Below are positions 49,646 through 62,080 of a DNA stretch of 64,000 nucleotides, one piece after another. Location: contig OZ004607.1 of assembly GCA_963924565.1 (NCBI GenBank), positions 2,170,001 to 2,234,000 of the forward strand, in the 5' to 3' direction. The position numbers and the translations under genes are program-made. Each line of letters starts with the position of its first letter. The stretch's first letter is position 1. The notes under the pieces are model-generated. The model was given only the letters and a program-made list of their open reading frames with translations. It made no database searches and had not been told where the DNA came from. The stretch is from Ascidiella aspersa. Its lineage: Eukaryota.

Positions 49646-49782
49646 ATATCAAAGCCCATACAGAAGTAGGTGTTATTTTGGACGTTTTGAATATCTCTTT
49701 ATTCATCTTCAACTGAATTACGTCTGTATAGGCTTTAATATTCTTATTACGTCCTACTACAACCTGCAACCATTATGCTCCA
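49646..49782 (+). mobile_element. Best copy of a dispersed hairpin-plus-tail repeat family (at least 7 copies in the window)
   Basis: ATATCAAAGCCCATACAGA...TCTGTATAGGCTTTAATAT inverted arms, then CTACAACCT.CAACCATTATGCTCCA. Other copies ~2145-2260, 29130-29232, 38424-38578 (-), 42728-42790, 47450-47612 (-), 51796-52054. Confidence 0.75.
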
Positions 49783-52700
49783 AAAACTATAATTGTCCAC
49801 TGCGGTGAACTTGTGATATTTCTTGCTAAACAACTTTAATATCTCACAGCGTAAATCGAAAATCAGCGTAAATCGAAAACGAACGGTTTAGAAGAGTTCA
49901 ATAGAGGTTGTTCTTGCGTTAACGAGATCAGTAATTGACGCCTAACCCGCGTTTGCATTTCCACTTGACATTTCTACCGCTCACTGTATGTTTGCATCAA
50001 AATAAATATAAATCCTATTAGCTCATTATGCTCAGTGAAGTTTAGCGTTAAACACAGAGAAGCTATAGAGTTAAATCAGAGCCAAAACGTCATTATTGTA
50101 AAAACATTCACTAATAACCATAAATAAACACAGAACCAAAGCCGATTTCATCAAAGCTTTTATAAAATTAACTTTTTTTCATATATTACTAATAATTTTT
50201 TTCGGAAATTACTTATTTCCCCTTGGGTACGGTAATCATTTTCTTTTTACTGAAATCGAAAACTATTTAATGCTTTAAATATAAAATATACCATTAATTT
50301 TTCCAAGTGTAAAACATGTTTTATTAAAGCTTTTTTCGAACGACTGAAAGGTTAAAAATGTATGCATGGTTACGCCTACAGGATATTTTTGTATGTTGTT
50401 AAATAAACAATTTTGACTGTATTTTAAAGAAAGCGAACTGCTCACAGCAATTTGCGGCTAAACGTCGAAAATTTTATATTTTGAAATCTTTATTACACTT
50501 CTATTTGCCTTTTAAATTTTGTATGGACTGCAGCATTTTTGGCAACTAACTAGGCCTACTCAAAAATAAACTTATCTTCCCTAAAATTTTTTAAGCATTT
50601 TATTTTGAAAAGCCTCCAGCTGCTTGAACTTTACTGTTAATCCCTAAAACTAAATATTTGTAATGATTTTAGAGTATTTATTTGCGTTGACATCATTCTC
50701 TGTTGCAGATATAGTTTTTGTACGACAGAAAGCTCTAGCATTCATGCATTGCTACACACACGTGCGTCAATGCTAGTATTTATATCACAAACTCTGCTCA
50801 ACGAAGACCCGCCCATCTGAAACCATACAAAGCAAGCAGTGAAGCTAGTTTTTTTAACTTGCTGTATTTTCTGAAATAGAGGCAAGTTTCTAGATCTTTT
50901 AGATAAAAATGAAAATACTGTTCTGCAGGGACCTACATCGGTGTGTATTTTGATTATTGTGATATTTTTCACAATTTTTTTTCTGAATGGCAATATTACC
51001 AGTAAAGTGGTTGAATTTAGTTGTTAGCGGGCATTTTGACTTTTTAGGCAAAGTTAATGTTAAGAATATTTTTATCGGTTAATTTTTTAGGGCTTCAATG
51101 CCGGTTTATTTTTCAAATTCCTTGAGCTTTTATTAAATTGGTACACACTGGATTTCATGGAAATCGACTTATATGGCCCTGTAGATCATGATAAAATGTC
51201 CACTACAGTCCCACTTCATTTTAGAAAAAATTACAATCGATCTGGACTAACTTTTTTGCTACCAGCGAGTTTCAAACTGTCCTCGTACATCTTGTGTCAA
51301 TGACCTCTAACCCCAAATTTAACGCATCGATTATTTGTCACAATGATCAACAATCATCGGACGACTACCACGTGAATAACGGTCATTAAGTTTTACAACG
51401 CAATAGTGATTCAGGCCGAGATACAATTCAAATCCGTAAAACTTCCAAACAAGGTAAAGCGCGACCTAGGAGAATTTAACCGTCAGGCAAAAGTTCGATT
51501 GTGTCGTGACAATGCTACAATCGTGGGCGCGAGAAGGTTGGCGATGAAACGCGAAAAGTCATGGGAACGCGATTAAGTCGTTTAGTATTTTAGTGCTGTC
51601 ACCTGTTTGGGTGAATCAAGACATTCAACTTCAATTAGTAATTTACAAAATGTGCTATAGAAATTTCAAGCTGCCGATTAAATGAGGTTACTTAACGTTA
51701 GCCTTTCGGCCAAAGGAAAAGTAAATTACTTTTTCTAAATTAAAATACAAGCTTGGCTTGTAACCAAATACCTTTTTCCAATATATGTACAATCAATATC
51801 AAAGCCTCTACAAAAGTAAATAGCATTTCGTGAACATTTCGAATAAATCGTTATTGATTTTTACCGTGTTTTTTACAAAATGTAGCCTATACTTCTGTTT
51901 GGGCTTTCACATTAATTTCTATATCTAAGTATTACTTTCTTTTATTTATTAGTTATTCATTCGAAGCGTTCACAAAAAGCTACTTACTTCTGTAAGGGCT
52001 TTGATGTTCATTTTACATCTAACTACAACCTCCACGCTCCAGCCATTATGTTCCATCCTAAGCATGACGCGCATTCCTGTGCATAGTTTAACAATTGCCA
52101 CACTATGCCGGTGGTATTGTTGTTTTCATTGGGCTTCCATGAAGAAGCCTACATGCGCCAAAACAAACTTTGACTTGAAAACACTCCCTATATAAGGTCT
52201 GTTGTTATTTTATTTGCTCAGGAATTTGGAAAGCGAAACGCTACCATTGCTCGCTTTGCAGCCAAAAACAAAAAGTTACTGGAAGCCTCAGGGTTAAAAC
52301 TTGCAGAAATTGGAGCGAAATATCAAAGTACACCTTCCAGTGCACCAAAATCTTCCAATGTGAACGTCTGGGCTTTAAATATTTACTCTAACCAGCTAAA
52401 TATGTGTTTTGGAGGCAATTTCAAGTAAATTATTATTGGTTGCGTTTAAAGCTATGGAAGCAAAAGTAACTGCTGGGCGCGAAATAAAATCAACCCGAGG
52501 TTATTAGAAGCCTTTTACGTTGAAAGCTGTACGATGATAAAATAATACAAAAGTACACGGGATGTTAATAAACTTATAATACCTATTTGAACGACATCAA
52601 GCATAAAAATGTACCCTAACAACCTAACATGATAAAAAGCAAGTTCTAAATTTAAATCAGGGGATTGCGTTTTAGAGATTCAGCGGGTTGACGGCTGTTC

Positions 52701-53256
52701 AAACACAGCTCGAAAGGTACATTTTATCAGCAGGCCTACAGTGCAGTTTGCTGAGCGCCGAAGTAAAGCAACAACCTGCCCTAGGAGTTTGTTTGTGTTG
52801 GTACGTTTGCCGTGCTCACTAGAGCGTTTCAGCCTTTTTTTGCCCGCCCTTTGTAACGTAATAGAAGAAGGCTTGTGCGCCAAAGGTGTACAAGATGAAA
52901 CAAGTCGAAGCTTTTTACCAAGGCTGGAAATTTATTTAGCTGTTGTGGCGAAGCCAAATTTTTTCATGTTTCGGTTTGTTGCATTTACGTTGTTTATACT
53001 AAGAGAGTTTAGACCTGCTTATGGCTCACTAAATCCATGTAGTGCCTTGTGGTAGATTTAGTTCGATATGTATTTGGAATGAGTTACTATACTATCCAGC
53101 TATGGTAATTTCGCGTACCGGTAGGTTTGTTTCTGAAGTTAAACACACTTTAGCTACGTTATTACATCAGTGCTGGGTTATACTCGTCAAATATCGAGAA
53201 AACTTGGCACTGGTTTAAAATCCACTCACATTTTCGTCAGGGGATTTATATTGCTA

Positions 53257-53417
53257 ACAATATTTGGGTTAGGGTGCGAGTTAGCGTTTGGGTTTGGGTG
53301 GGTCAAGTATTATTATTACATTTATTCTTAGATCTTCATGTCTTCTTTGCAATTTCAACTTTGACAACTCGTTTTGTTAGTGTTAAAGTAAATGTGGTAG
53401 GATTCTAGACCAGCGCC
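53257..53417. mobile_element. Arm fragment related to the 11305-11574 foldback element
   Basis: GGGTTAGGGTGCGAGTTAGCGTTTGGGTTTGGGTGGGTCAAGTA matches the arm. It ends in ...CTAGACCAGCGCC, whose reverse complement occurs (2 mismatches) at 39636-39663. Confidence 0.65.
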
Positions 53418-54486
53418 GAAATGTTGAATTATTTAGACTTGAAGTCGTAGTCAACGTCAGTAATTTTGTAAAGGTGTAAAGAGAAACGTATTTCGCCAAA
53501 AGACATTCTATTTTAATAAAAGCTTCCGAAGTTTTTTGCTGTTAAGCATTTTATTTATACATATATTTATACTATCTTTAATTCTGACAAAAAAGTCCGA
53601 AAAATATTTTTTTAATTTGAAGTTATTGTCGTTATTTACAAGGATAATGTGGTATTTTTTAAATTTATTTTGCCATTGAGAACCTTATGTTAAGCAAATA
53701 ATTGTCAGTTTGTGATAACATGTATTGCACTTTTTAGCTGCTGAATCCCATACTGCCAGTGTAAAATATGGTAATTTGGTTTTACCATAGTTGGGAACTA
53801 ATGGTCTACACTACACCTAAAGTAATTAGTCTTTTTCTAAACCAGGGCGCCGTTTCTAACGCTCAAGGGTGACAAGAGATATTCAAATTTCATTTTTCTC
53901 TGTATTTGTAAGCTTTTTGATGCAATTTTTGGTGTAAGGTTAGAGTGCCACAAATCGAGAAGGTTCTTTCTACCTTGTGTAAAGTCGATGGTTGCTGTTT
54001 CAATGTAGTTTATTGTGACGTCACAGTAAACCATTTAGTGAAGATACTAGTGAGGCTGTCGCGTTTTTTTAATGTCTGTAGGCGACCGAAAAATGCCAAA
54101 ACGATTGCTAGCCACTGCTGTAACCAGTTGCAAAAATGTAGTAGCCAGAAATCATCGTGTTTTTAACTGCTGAGTTAACATGTGGTACTTCTAAGCGCTG
54201 GCGTGAATGTTTGTCGAGCAGAAGAACTCGTAAATATCCTGTCACTGGTTTTATATGAGGCTCCTACTAACTAGGTCCCTGGTAAAGTCCTTTTGAAACA
54301 ACTTCGTGTTTTATGCGCGTACCTTAATAGCATGCCTGTTTTGAGATCGTAAAACTGATTTCTGTGTAACGTCAGTTCCCCTGCTTCGTGGTTTATTCCT
54401 TTTAAAACAGATCTTCTACTTAATCAGTATTTCCAATAAAAAATAAAGCAATTAAACAGTTTTAAACGTATAATGTTGTAGTCATG

Positions 54487-54859
54487 CAGGGATGTCCGAT
54501 ACTTAACAGTTTGTTCCGATAATGACACCCGATATTTTGGGGCAGATAATATCGCTTATTAATCCGATACCAAATTATGCCACTGCTGTTCCCAAACAAG
54601 CAAATAGATGAAATTAAAGCGTTCAAAGGTAATTGTTTCCATGTTATTAGGTCAGATGTGTCTCCAATTGTCAACCTACTATATTTGTATGACTTTCAAG
54701 ATTGGTTCTCTGCGCTGGATCGCAAATCATGGCTGAATTCCTATATCAATTTGGTATCGTATCGTTACCACCCTGGTATAGGACATATCACCCTATAGTT
54801 GCGATACTTGCACTTGGCTTGGGGTACCGGCTCCGATCTGGTAGTTTGGGACATCCCTA
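54487..54859 (+). mobile_element. Near full-length MITE of the GATAC/GTATCG family
   Basis: Termini CAGGGATGTCC / GGACATCCCTA with internal CCGATA repeats. TSD not preserved. Confidence 0.65.
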
Positions 54860-55516
54860 TTTGCATACACCGTTATTAAGTTTTTGTGCGTTAAATTTTG
54901 TATGAAATAAACGTTACGCAACATAATCAATATACAACGCTGTTTGAGCCTGGGTGACATTTATCAAGGTCGCGATGTTGGAGAAAACGGTTTTGACTGG
55001 TTAAGTCAAAAAAAAATCAACACCTAAAATGCAAAGTAGCATAAAAAAGTCTCATTTGATAACTCCTAACGTCAAGTGGAAGTGATAATACCTTATTTCT
55101 TCAGCAAACGAGGTTGAACGTATTTTTGTCCCAGTATATTCACAGCAAATGTCACTTTGTTTACCAGCGTAAAACAGTTTTAAAAACGCTGTGTGACGCG
55201 ATATTTTAAGTCTTGAAACTAAAGGCGTATTGTGTCTGGTATCATAGGAAGGTGTCACTAATGTCAGGTGACACTCCCCGCCCAAAATAGCCATCTGTCA
55301 AGCAAGCTATTCATCTCCGCACTAACTTCCTCGATAGAAATACCCGTCTCGGCTAAGAATCTGTTAAAAGGTGCGTGATGTTATTTTCTTACTCGTGGTG
55401 AACGTGCCTTGCTGCCAAATACTGAGGTAACTCAAAGGCCAACTTAAGATTTTTTTAGTTTTCGTTGCTCAGAAGAGATGTGTGTTGGTGCCAGATTCTG
55501 TTCTGCATGAAGTGTG

Positions 55517-55745
55517 CTAAAAACAGTTCTGGAATGTAGTTTTAATCGTAAGGGCTAAAACAAACGTGTTAGTACGATTTTTTTGCAAATCAACCAAGCC
55601 ATTGACACTACATGATCATAATATACTGATTTCGGCAATAAAAACAGTTTTGGAATGTAGTTCCACCCGTTGAGGCTAAAACAAACTTGTTAGAACGCAT
55701 TTTTTTAACTAAGCCATGAAAACTACGTCATGATAATACATTGAT
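55517..55745. repeat. Tandem duplication, ~121-bp period
   Basis: AAAAACAGTT.TGGAATGTAGTT...GGCTAAAACAAAC.TGTTAG occurs twice. Confidence 0.75.
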
Positions 55746-58700
55746 TCCCGTAATAACCTTTTCGAAGGTGCCCTGTTTATTTTGCAAATCTTGTTAACTA
55801 TGTATATAGAACGTAGTGAGTATGTTTTTATGTGAAATTGTTTTAAATTTAAATATGGAATCGAATTGTTGGCTTTACACGTTGTTATACTAAATCGCAT
55901 TTGTGTTTTTCAGTCAGAAATCATGTAAACTATTTTCAAAATGGTTTGCGAATCTCTCTTATTAGTCCAATAACAAACAACAACCTGCATAGCGCAGTTG
56001 TGTTTTTCATCATTTTTAAAATGAATTTAAAACTACTTTACATGACTTGGTCGGTGAACTAAACCAGCAACGTCCGAATGTGGTTCATTGGCGGTCGTTA
56101 GATTCCTTTGGGAAATTCACTTTTACTAGCGAGCCAATTTATCGTGGAGAGTCAGACATCTCCAACCAGCCACCAATTCCGCCTTGTATTGACAAGTGTC
56201 ACTTGCTACGCGCTACAATCACTTGTACGTTGATACGATCTGTTGTTTTAGAAAGTCTGAGTGCCAACAGACCGCTCTACATTGCCACTTCAAAATCAGA
56301 GCGGTTCCTGTTTAGTCGTATGGTTCAACAATTGTGAAAAATGTGGACAAAATGCCAAAAAGAGAGTGAGAAAAATTAAAATTTGTGCAGTGTTTTTTTC
56401 CTAATTGTTAAATCAACAACCATAACTGGTCAAACGGCGAAGGGGACTCTAGTGCGAACATATATGCGGACAACTTGAAAATATGCAACGCGTGGCTTAT
56501 GCCTGACGTTAAATTAAATAAGCAAAGCTGGTGCGAAAATGCGCAAACATTGCGAAAACGCTCATGTTATTGAATTTAGAAATGTTTTACCTACTAATGT
56601 GTTCCCAGTCATCCCTATGATAATCGTATCGTAATAAAAGAGACGGGTGCCGACCTAACATTCTCAATGGTAAAACGACCTATCACACAATAGCAACTTT
56701 GGGTAATTTGGTTTATTAGTATTTCACCTACAGTAAACATATTACTTGGCAATTTTTAGGAATTCACGACCCGATGCCGAAGTATAAAGAGTGAAAAGCA
56801 AAATACGTTAGAAAATGTGCTGTTGACTTTTCAATGCAGTACTGAAAGTGTTTATTCTGTTGTTCCTAAAAGAATTGTTAAGCACAACTAGTCACGAGGT
56901 GAAAAAAAGCGATTGCCAAAATTGACAAATAAACAAGCATTAAGAAGGCTGCAAAACTGAAAAACGCCGGTGAAAATTAATAACGCAATTTGAACGAACA
57001 GACGCGTAGTGTTTATTGGCCTGGCTTTTAGCTAGAAGGCCAAATCCTTTCGTGGAATTGCTTGTTTTTAAGTTGTGATTTGCAGGAAGCACTAGACTTC
57101 CTGCATTACTGGCTTATCGACCTGCATTGCTTGCAACATGCAGGAATGCTCAATTGCAGGCAGGCGGGCAGCTGAGGTTGATTTTATCACTGCTATCACA
57201 ACTCCAATTGAAGCCACTTGCTGCTATGTATTGTAAAACGCCGATGGTTTATTTCCAAAAACTTGAAACCGACATACACAAGTTCCGTGTAAAATTTGTT
57301 CAAATGAAGTACTTAGCGATTCGGTGTCCCGAACAAAATCATGTACAACTGTTAAAAAACGCGTTGGAAATGATTTTTTTGCATGGCTTATACTAGTGAC
57401 AAGTTTGGCCCCCAACCTATATTTTTGTGGTCCACGGAACATCGTGTTAATTTAGTGCTGGGAATTTGACTTCTGCTTTTTTACAGTTTAGAGATTTCGT
57501 GTCCCCGTATCACCTACTTTAAAATAATCTTAAAACCATAAAATCAAATCTAAAAAGCTTAGCAAAATTAAACGTATTTAAACAAATTTAACACACAGGA
57601 AAAAAAAACTTTACATTGTACAGCACGATAGCTAAAAATACGCAGGTTGTTGTTTTTAAAGCCATCAATCTTGATTCATCTGCTTCAGACCTGTAATATT
57701 ATTATTATTACTAAAGTGGTGAAACGCTGATCCGTTCCGAAACAACTTTTTCGTATAGACGTATAGACGACTCCCCGTATACTTTGCAGTTTTTTACCCT
57801 TTATTTAACTTTTTTTACCCGATATGACCCAGAGTCGGCCTCTAGCCCCCACTTTGGTATGTCGACCTGTCTGCAGCTATCTCATCCGGTCCTTTGTTAA
57901 TTACGCTCTACCGGCAAACAATAGCTCCCGTGTGACAGTTCCCTACCGGACTCTAGTTTTGTTGGGGGACAGACGACAGAATAAATGAAAAAACGAACTA
58001 TTCCTTATTTTTCATGCCTGTATAAAGTGTGTATGCTGCCAAAAATTGGGTCGTTTGACGATTTTTTTCGTTCGCAATGACACAGGCGAAAGACAGATCA
58101 CAGATGTTATTAAACACATATGTTTGTGTGTCTTTCATTCATTCATTCATTTCAGCGAAAGACAAACTATGACATTTTATTCTCATTAAAAGTGATGGAA
58201 AACTTTGTAATTTCGTAACGTTTAGGTCGATTTGGATACAAATAGAGTATGTAGAAATGTTCAATACTTTTCATTTCATCCCGCTACCGATAAACGATAT
58301 TAGAACAAAAAGTATTGCGACTTCTATATTTGTTATATAATCGGCAACGATAACCAGGCTAGTATTTTTATACGAGTACTGATATTAATACTTGGCATCG
58401 GGTATCGGCTCCGATCCGATATTATCGGACATCCATTTTAGTATGTATAATGCAGGCGTGATCCCCTCAAACATGCCGACGTGCCAATTTTTATCGTTTA
58501 ACTTCTTCCCGTTCCAAAGTTTAGCAACTAATTTTTTTTCCAATGATAAAAGCGCTTTTATACCAAAAATAAAAAACAGTATAATGTTTTAATATCAGGA
58601 GTAATTGCTTGTTGTCGTTATTGCTGGGATGTTTTGTATTGTGAATAACAGATAATTGGCTGTATAACAAATTTAGCATTGTTTACAATTGGCTATATTT

Positions 58701-59789
58701 TGGGGTCGCTTGCGTGCCATTTTTTATTGGTCGCGTGCCTCATGTTAAACACCCCTGCTGGTCTAATGCCTCATAGATTTCTAAAATTGTGACTGGTGAG
58801 CTAAATCGAGTTTTTGTTCTAATTGAAAATAAATTGTGTATCTCACTTTTATGTCTGGGTTTTGTTTGTTTTTCATTTGGAGAAACCCCGTTAAATGCTC
58901 CCTCGTGCGTTTCTTTTAATACAACCGTGATATGTTGAAACGAAGCACTAGTTTGACATTGCGTGATTGATTATTATTTTTGTTATTTCAAACGTTGATC
59001 AATGACTTTTAAAACGTCAGATGGTTTTAGCTGATATGGCTAGAGCTGGTTTCGAACCGTAATGGGTATTTCGTCAGCTAATTGACATTTATCAGTTTTA
59101 AAAGTTAGGCTTGTGTTTTATACTGGTGAAAGTGTTTTTTTAAGTCAGACTTTTTATGTTGAAAGAACCTAATGTGAGGCTATCTTTATTAAACACTTAA
59201 TTAGAACATGGTAAGAAGGGTCATAAAGCTACAAAGCGCTTTTCGGAGATTCTACATCAGCAATATACTATTGTATAAAAGGTGAAACGTTTATTATTTC
59301 TTTGTTTTCAACAACAATTCTATTTTTATTGGTTAATATGTTGTTTTCTATTTTTGGGTAAAAAGTTCTCGTTGTCCGAGAAACTTGTATAAATTAAATA
59401 GTTTAAGAACCTTTGAAATATTACAAAGTAAATCACCAATTGTTGTACTATGTGATATTGCCAAACGTTGTTCTGTGGTTTCTTCGAAAAATCGACTTCT
59501 ACCGTTTTCATCGACTTGCAAGTGTGATTGTGCCCTGTTGAGTAAGAGACAAACAACCGCCGCGCGCGTTATCAATTGTCCAATCATTAACACGCAACAA
59601 TGCAGGTCATTGTTGGCGCAAGGTCACGTGCTAGTAATGGTTTGCAGACGGATTTATATTCCGACGAAACCGTGAATCTGAAACCCAAACTTATATTGCT
59701 TTAAGGGGTACTTTTTTCGGGGGGTACAATTCCCCTTTTTATAGAGGATTTTGAGGAAAATTTTATTTTTCTTGGATATTATCAGAAGA

Positions 59790-60045
59790 TTTTAAAGATT
59801 GTATATCTGTGTACTTTTTTGTTTTGGTAGTAAGCACTTGACTTAAAATAGACTTAACCTAAAGCATGTTTTTTATAAAATGCGTCACATATTTTATTTT
59901 GGCCACATACTCACTGTACCATAGGACATAATTTGAATATTTCATTTTTATCGAATATTATGCTGAGATGTTAAAGATTGTATATCTGTGTACTTTTTCG
60001 TGGGTTTAATTATAAGGCCTTGACTTGAAATAGGCTTAACCTCGT
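59790..60045. repeat. Tandem duplication, ~179-bp period
   Basis: TTAAAGATTGTATATCTGTGTACTTTTT and CTTGACTT.AAATAG.CTTAACCT each occur twice. Confidence 0.7.
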
Positions 60046-61569
60046 TTGTTTAAGGGTAAATGTCACTTGACTTTAAATAAAGTTTGTTGTATTTTTTCTT
60101 TAAACATTTTTTTCTTTAAAAAAATATGTTTTTTTTAAATTGTATTTTTTCTTAACGCAAGAACTGCTTTTTAATGTCTACGACGAAATTTTGCCCCCCC
60201 CCCTCCTCCCCCCATTACTATCCTAACCTACTCACATTGGCGAATTGCAGCGGCAAGGGCCAGATAAGCGATAAGGATCGTTAACCTTAGCAGACCGCTT
60301 CCTGGCCCCGAGCTATTCGCCTCAGCTCGATCCACGAGCAATTTGCACGGAAGTTGTAAGGGATCTTGCAACCGACTTTTCACGCTTGCCACATTACTTG
60401 GCCCACTTTAACTGCGTGTCTTGTAAAATGGGTAAATGGTTACGCTTTGGAGAAAATAATCGTGTGGCATTTCTGCAGATAGATAAAATACCCGCAATAG
60501 TAGTTTAAATACGCAATAATTGGGTGTTGTGCAATAATTTTATGTTTTCATCAATTGCATGTTGATAATATTTGTCCTTTTAAGCTTTTCTACTGTTTAT
60601 TACTTTTATTGTTAGTTGTTAGCTGTGACTTAGCGGTAAATTAAATCGTTTTCGGACACTCATTTCTTTCCAAAACAACACCATAATAATGGATAAATAT
60701 AACACCGTTTTGGACCCACGAAACACCTTAATAGGAAAACCGGATATGATATTAAACACAAATATATTTATCACCAGTGGCGTAATTTCAACAACATATA
60801 AACTTTATAAAATACCTTCTGTGGTATTTCCATCTCTAACTGCATTTTATGATAACGTGTTTGTAAGTCAGGTTGCTGCAGCTTGTGTATTCTGATTTTT
60901 AAAGCACTCTGTTGAGGGGTTTAACTCCAGAGTATTGATTTATTGAGCGGATGACGCGCGTGCCTTCGCACAGGCTAGGATTATTAGGTCTAGTCGTCCA
61001 GTGCATATTTTGTTCACTAAAAGCTTCTTTATCAGATCTCTAGGCGATGTTTTAGTGTTCACAGCAGCAACCAAGAAATTGAAATTTGCTGCGTAACTGT
61101 AGCATGTTCAAAGTTATATTTTGCTTAGTAAAATAAGTAAAACCACCTCCGCTTCGGTTATTATGTTGAGCTTTCACAGAATGTTGTTGTTTTGTGGAAA
61201 TCGTGGAGAGTGCTATGCAGAGAATTTTGAACTATGCTCATTTTATCCGGTGAAATCAGTCAGATGAAAATATCAAAACAGGAAAAATACAGTGTTTGGT
61301 ATTGATGGTTTATGTTTCTAGAGCTGAAATGCCATAATGAGTAAGTCATGATATTTTTACCTGTTTAATCTATGATATGATGTTTCATTCAATCTGTGTT
61401 ATATTGATTTGTAGACAGGCGAATGTGGTTTGTAGATTCTTATCACAGCAAGGTGTTAAACATTTTATTACTTAACGAGGAAAGCAGAATTACAACATTT
61501 AAAACGTTGCCCAGTTCCGTGCGAGATACAACCACTCGAAACTAAAGTACCCCCTTTAAATACATTACC

Positions 61570-62080
61570 TCATTAATGACGTCACGTCTAGTCAGTAGCC
61601 ACTCAATATCTTTCTCGTGTATCAAACGTGTAACATTTTCACGCCGCCAACAAAACGTCTCGATTTCACGGCTTTTTCTCATTTCTCGAGACATCAATGG
61701 AGGGACGTGGTTCCAGGCACCTGGATATTTCGGCCCGGCGCGCCAGGATATTTGTCGCGGGCTCGCGCGGCGCGTGTGTTACGTCATACAGGGGAAACAT
61801 CGCGGCTATAAATTCCCGCCTGCGTCAGGCGCGCAATAACTGTTAAAAGCGTCGAAGTTACACCGGGTGTTGAGAATGGTCGTCGAAAGCTTCCTGCTCC
61901 AATATTGCCGCCAATTCTCACTTATTGCCGCCAATATTCGCTACCGGCTGTGCCCGCAACACCGCGCCAATAACGCTTCCTTATTGGTCAGAATTTGGAA
62001 GCACTTTGTGACCGAACAATGCTCCTTTGCGCGCTGCCAACGTCAAAGGCGGCCTAACGCGCGATGTTCGGTGTAAAAGC
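61570..62080. promoter_or_regulatory. CpG-island-like promoter candidate
   Basis: Very dense CpG segment. CRE TGACGTCA 61577-61584, TTACGTCA 61779-61786, TATAAA 61807-61812, E2F-like TTCCCGCC 61813-61820, five CCAAT boxes in 61899-61987. Confidence 0.5.
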
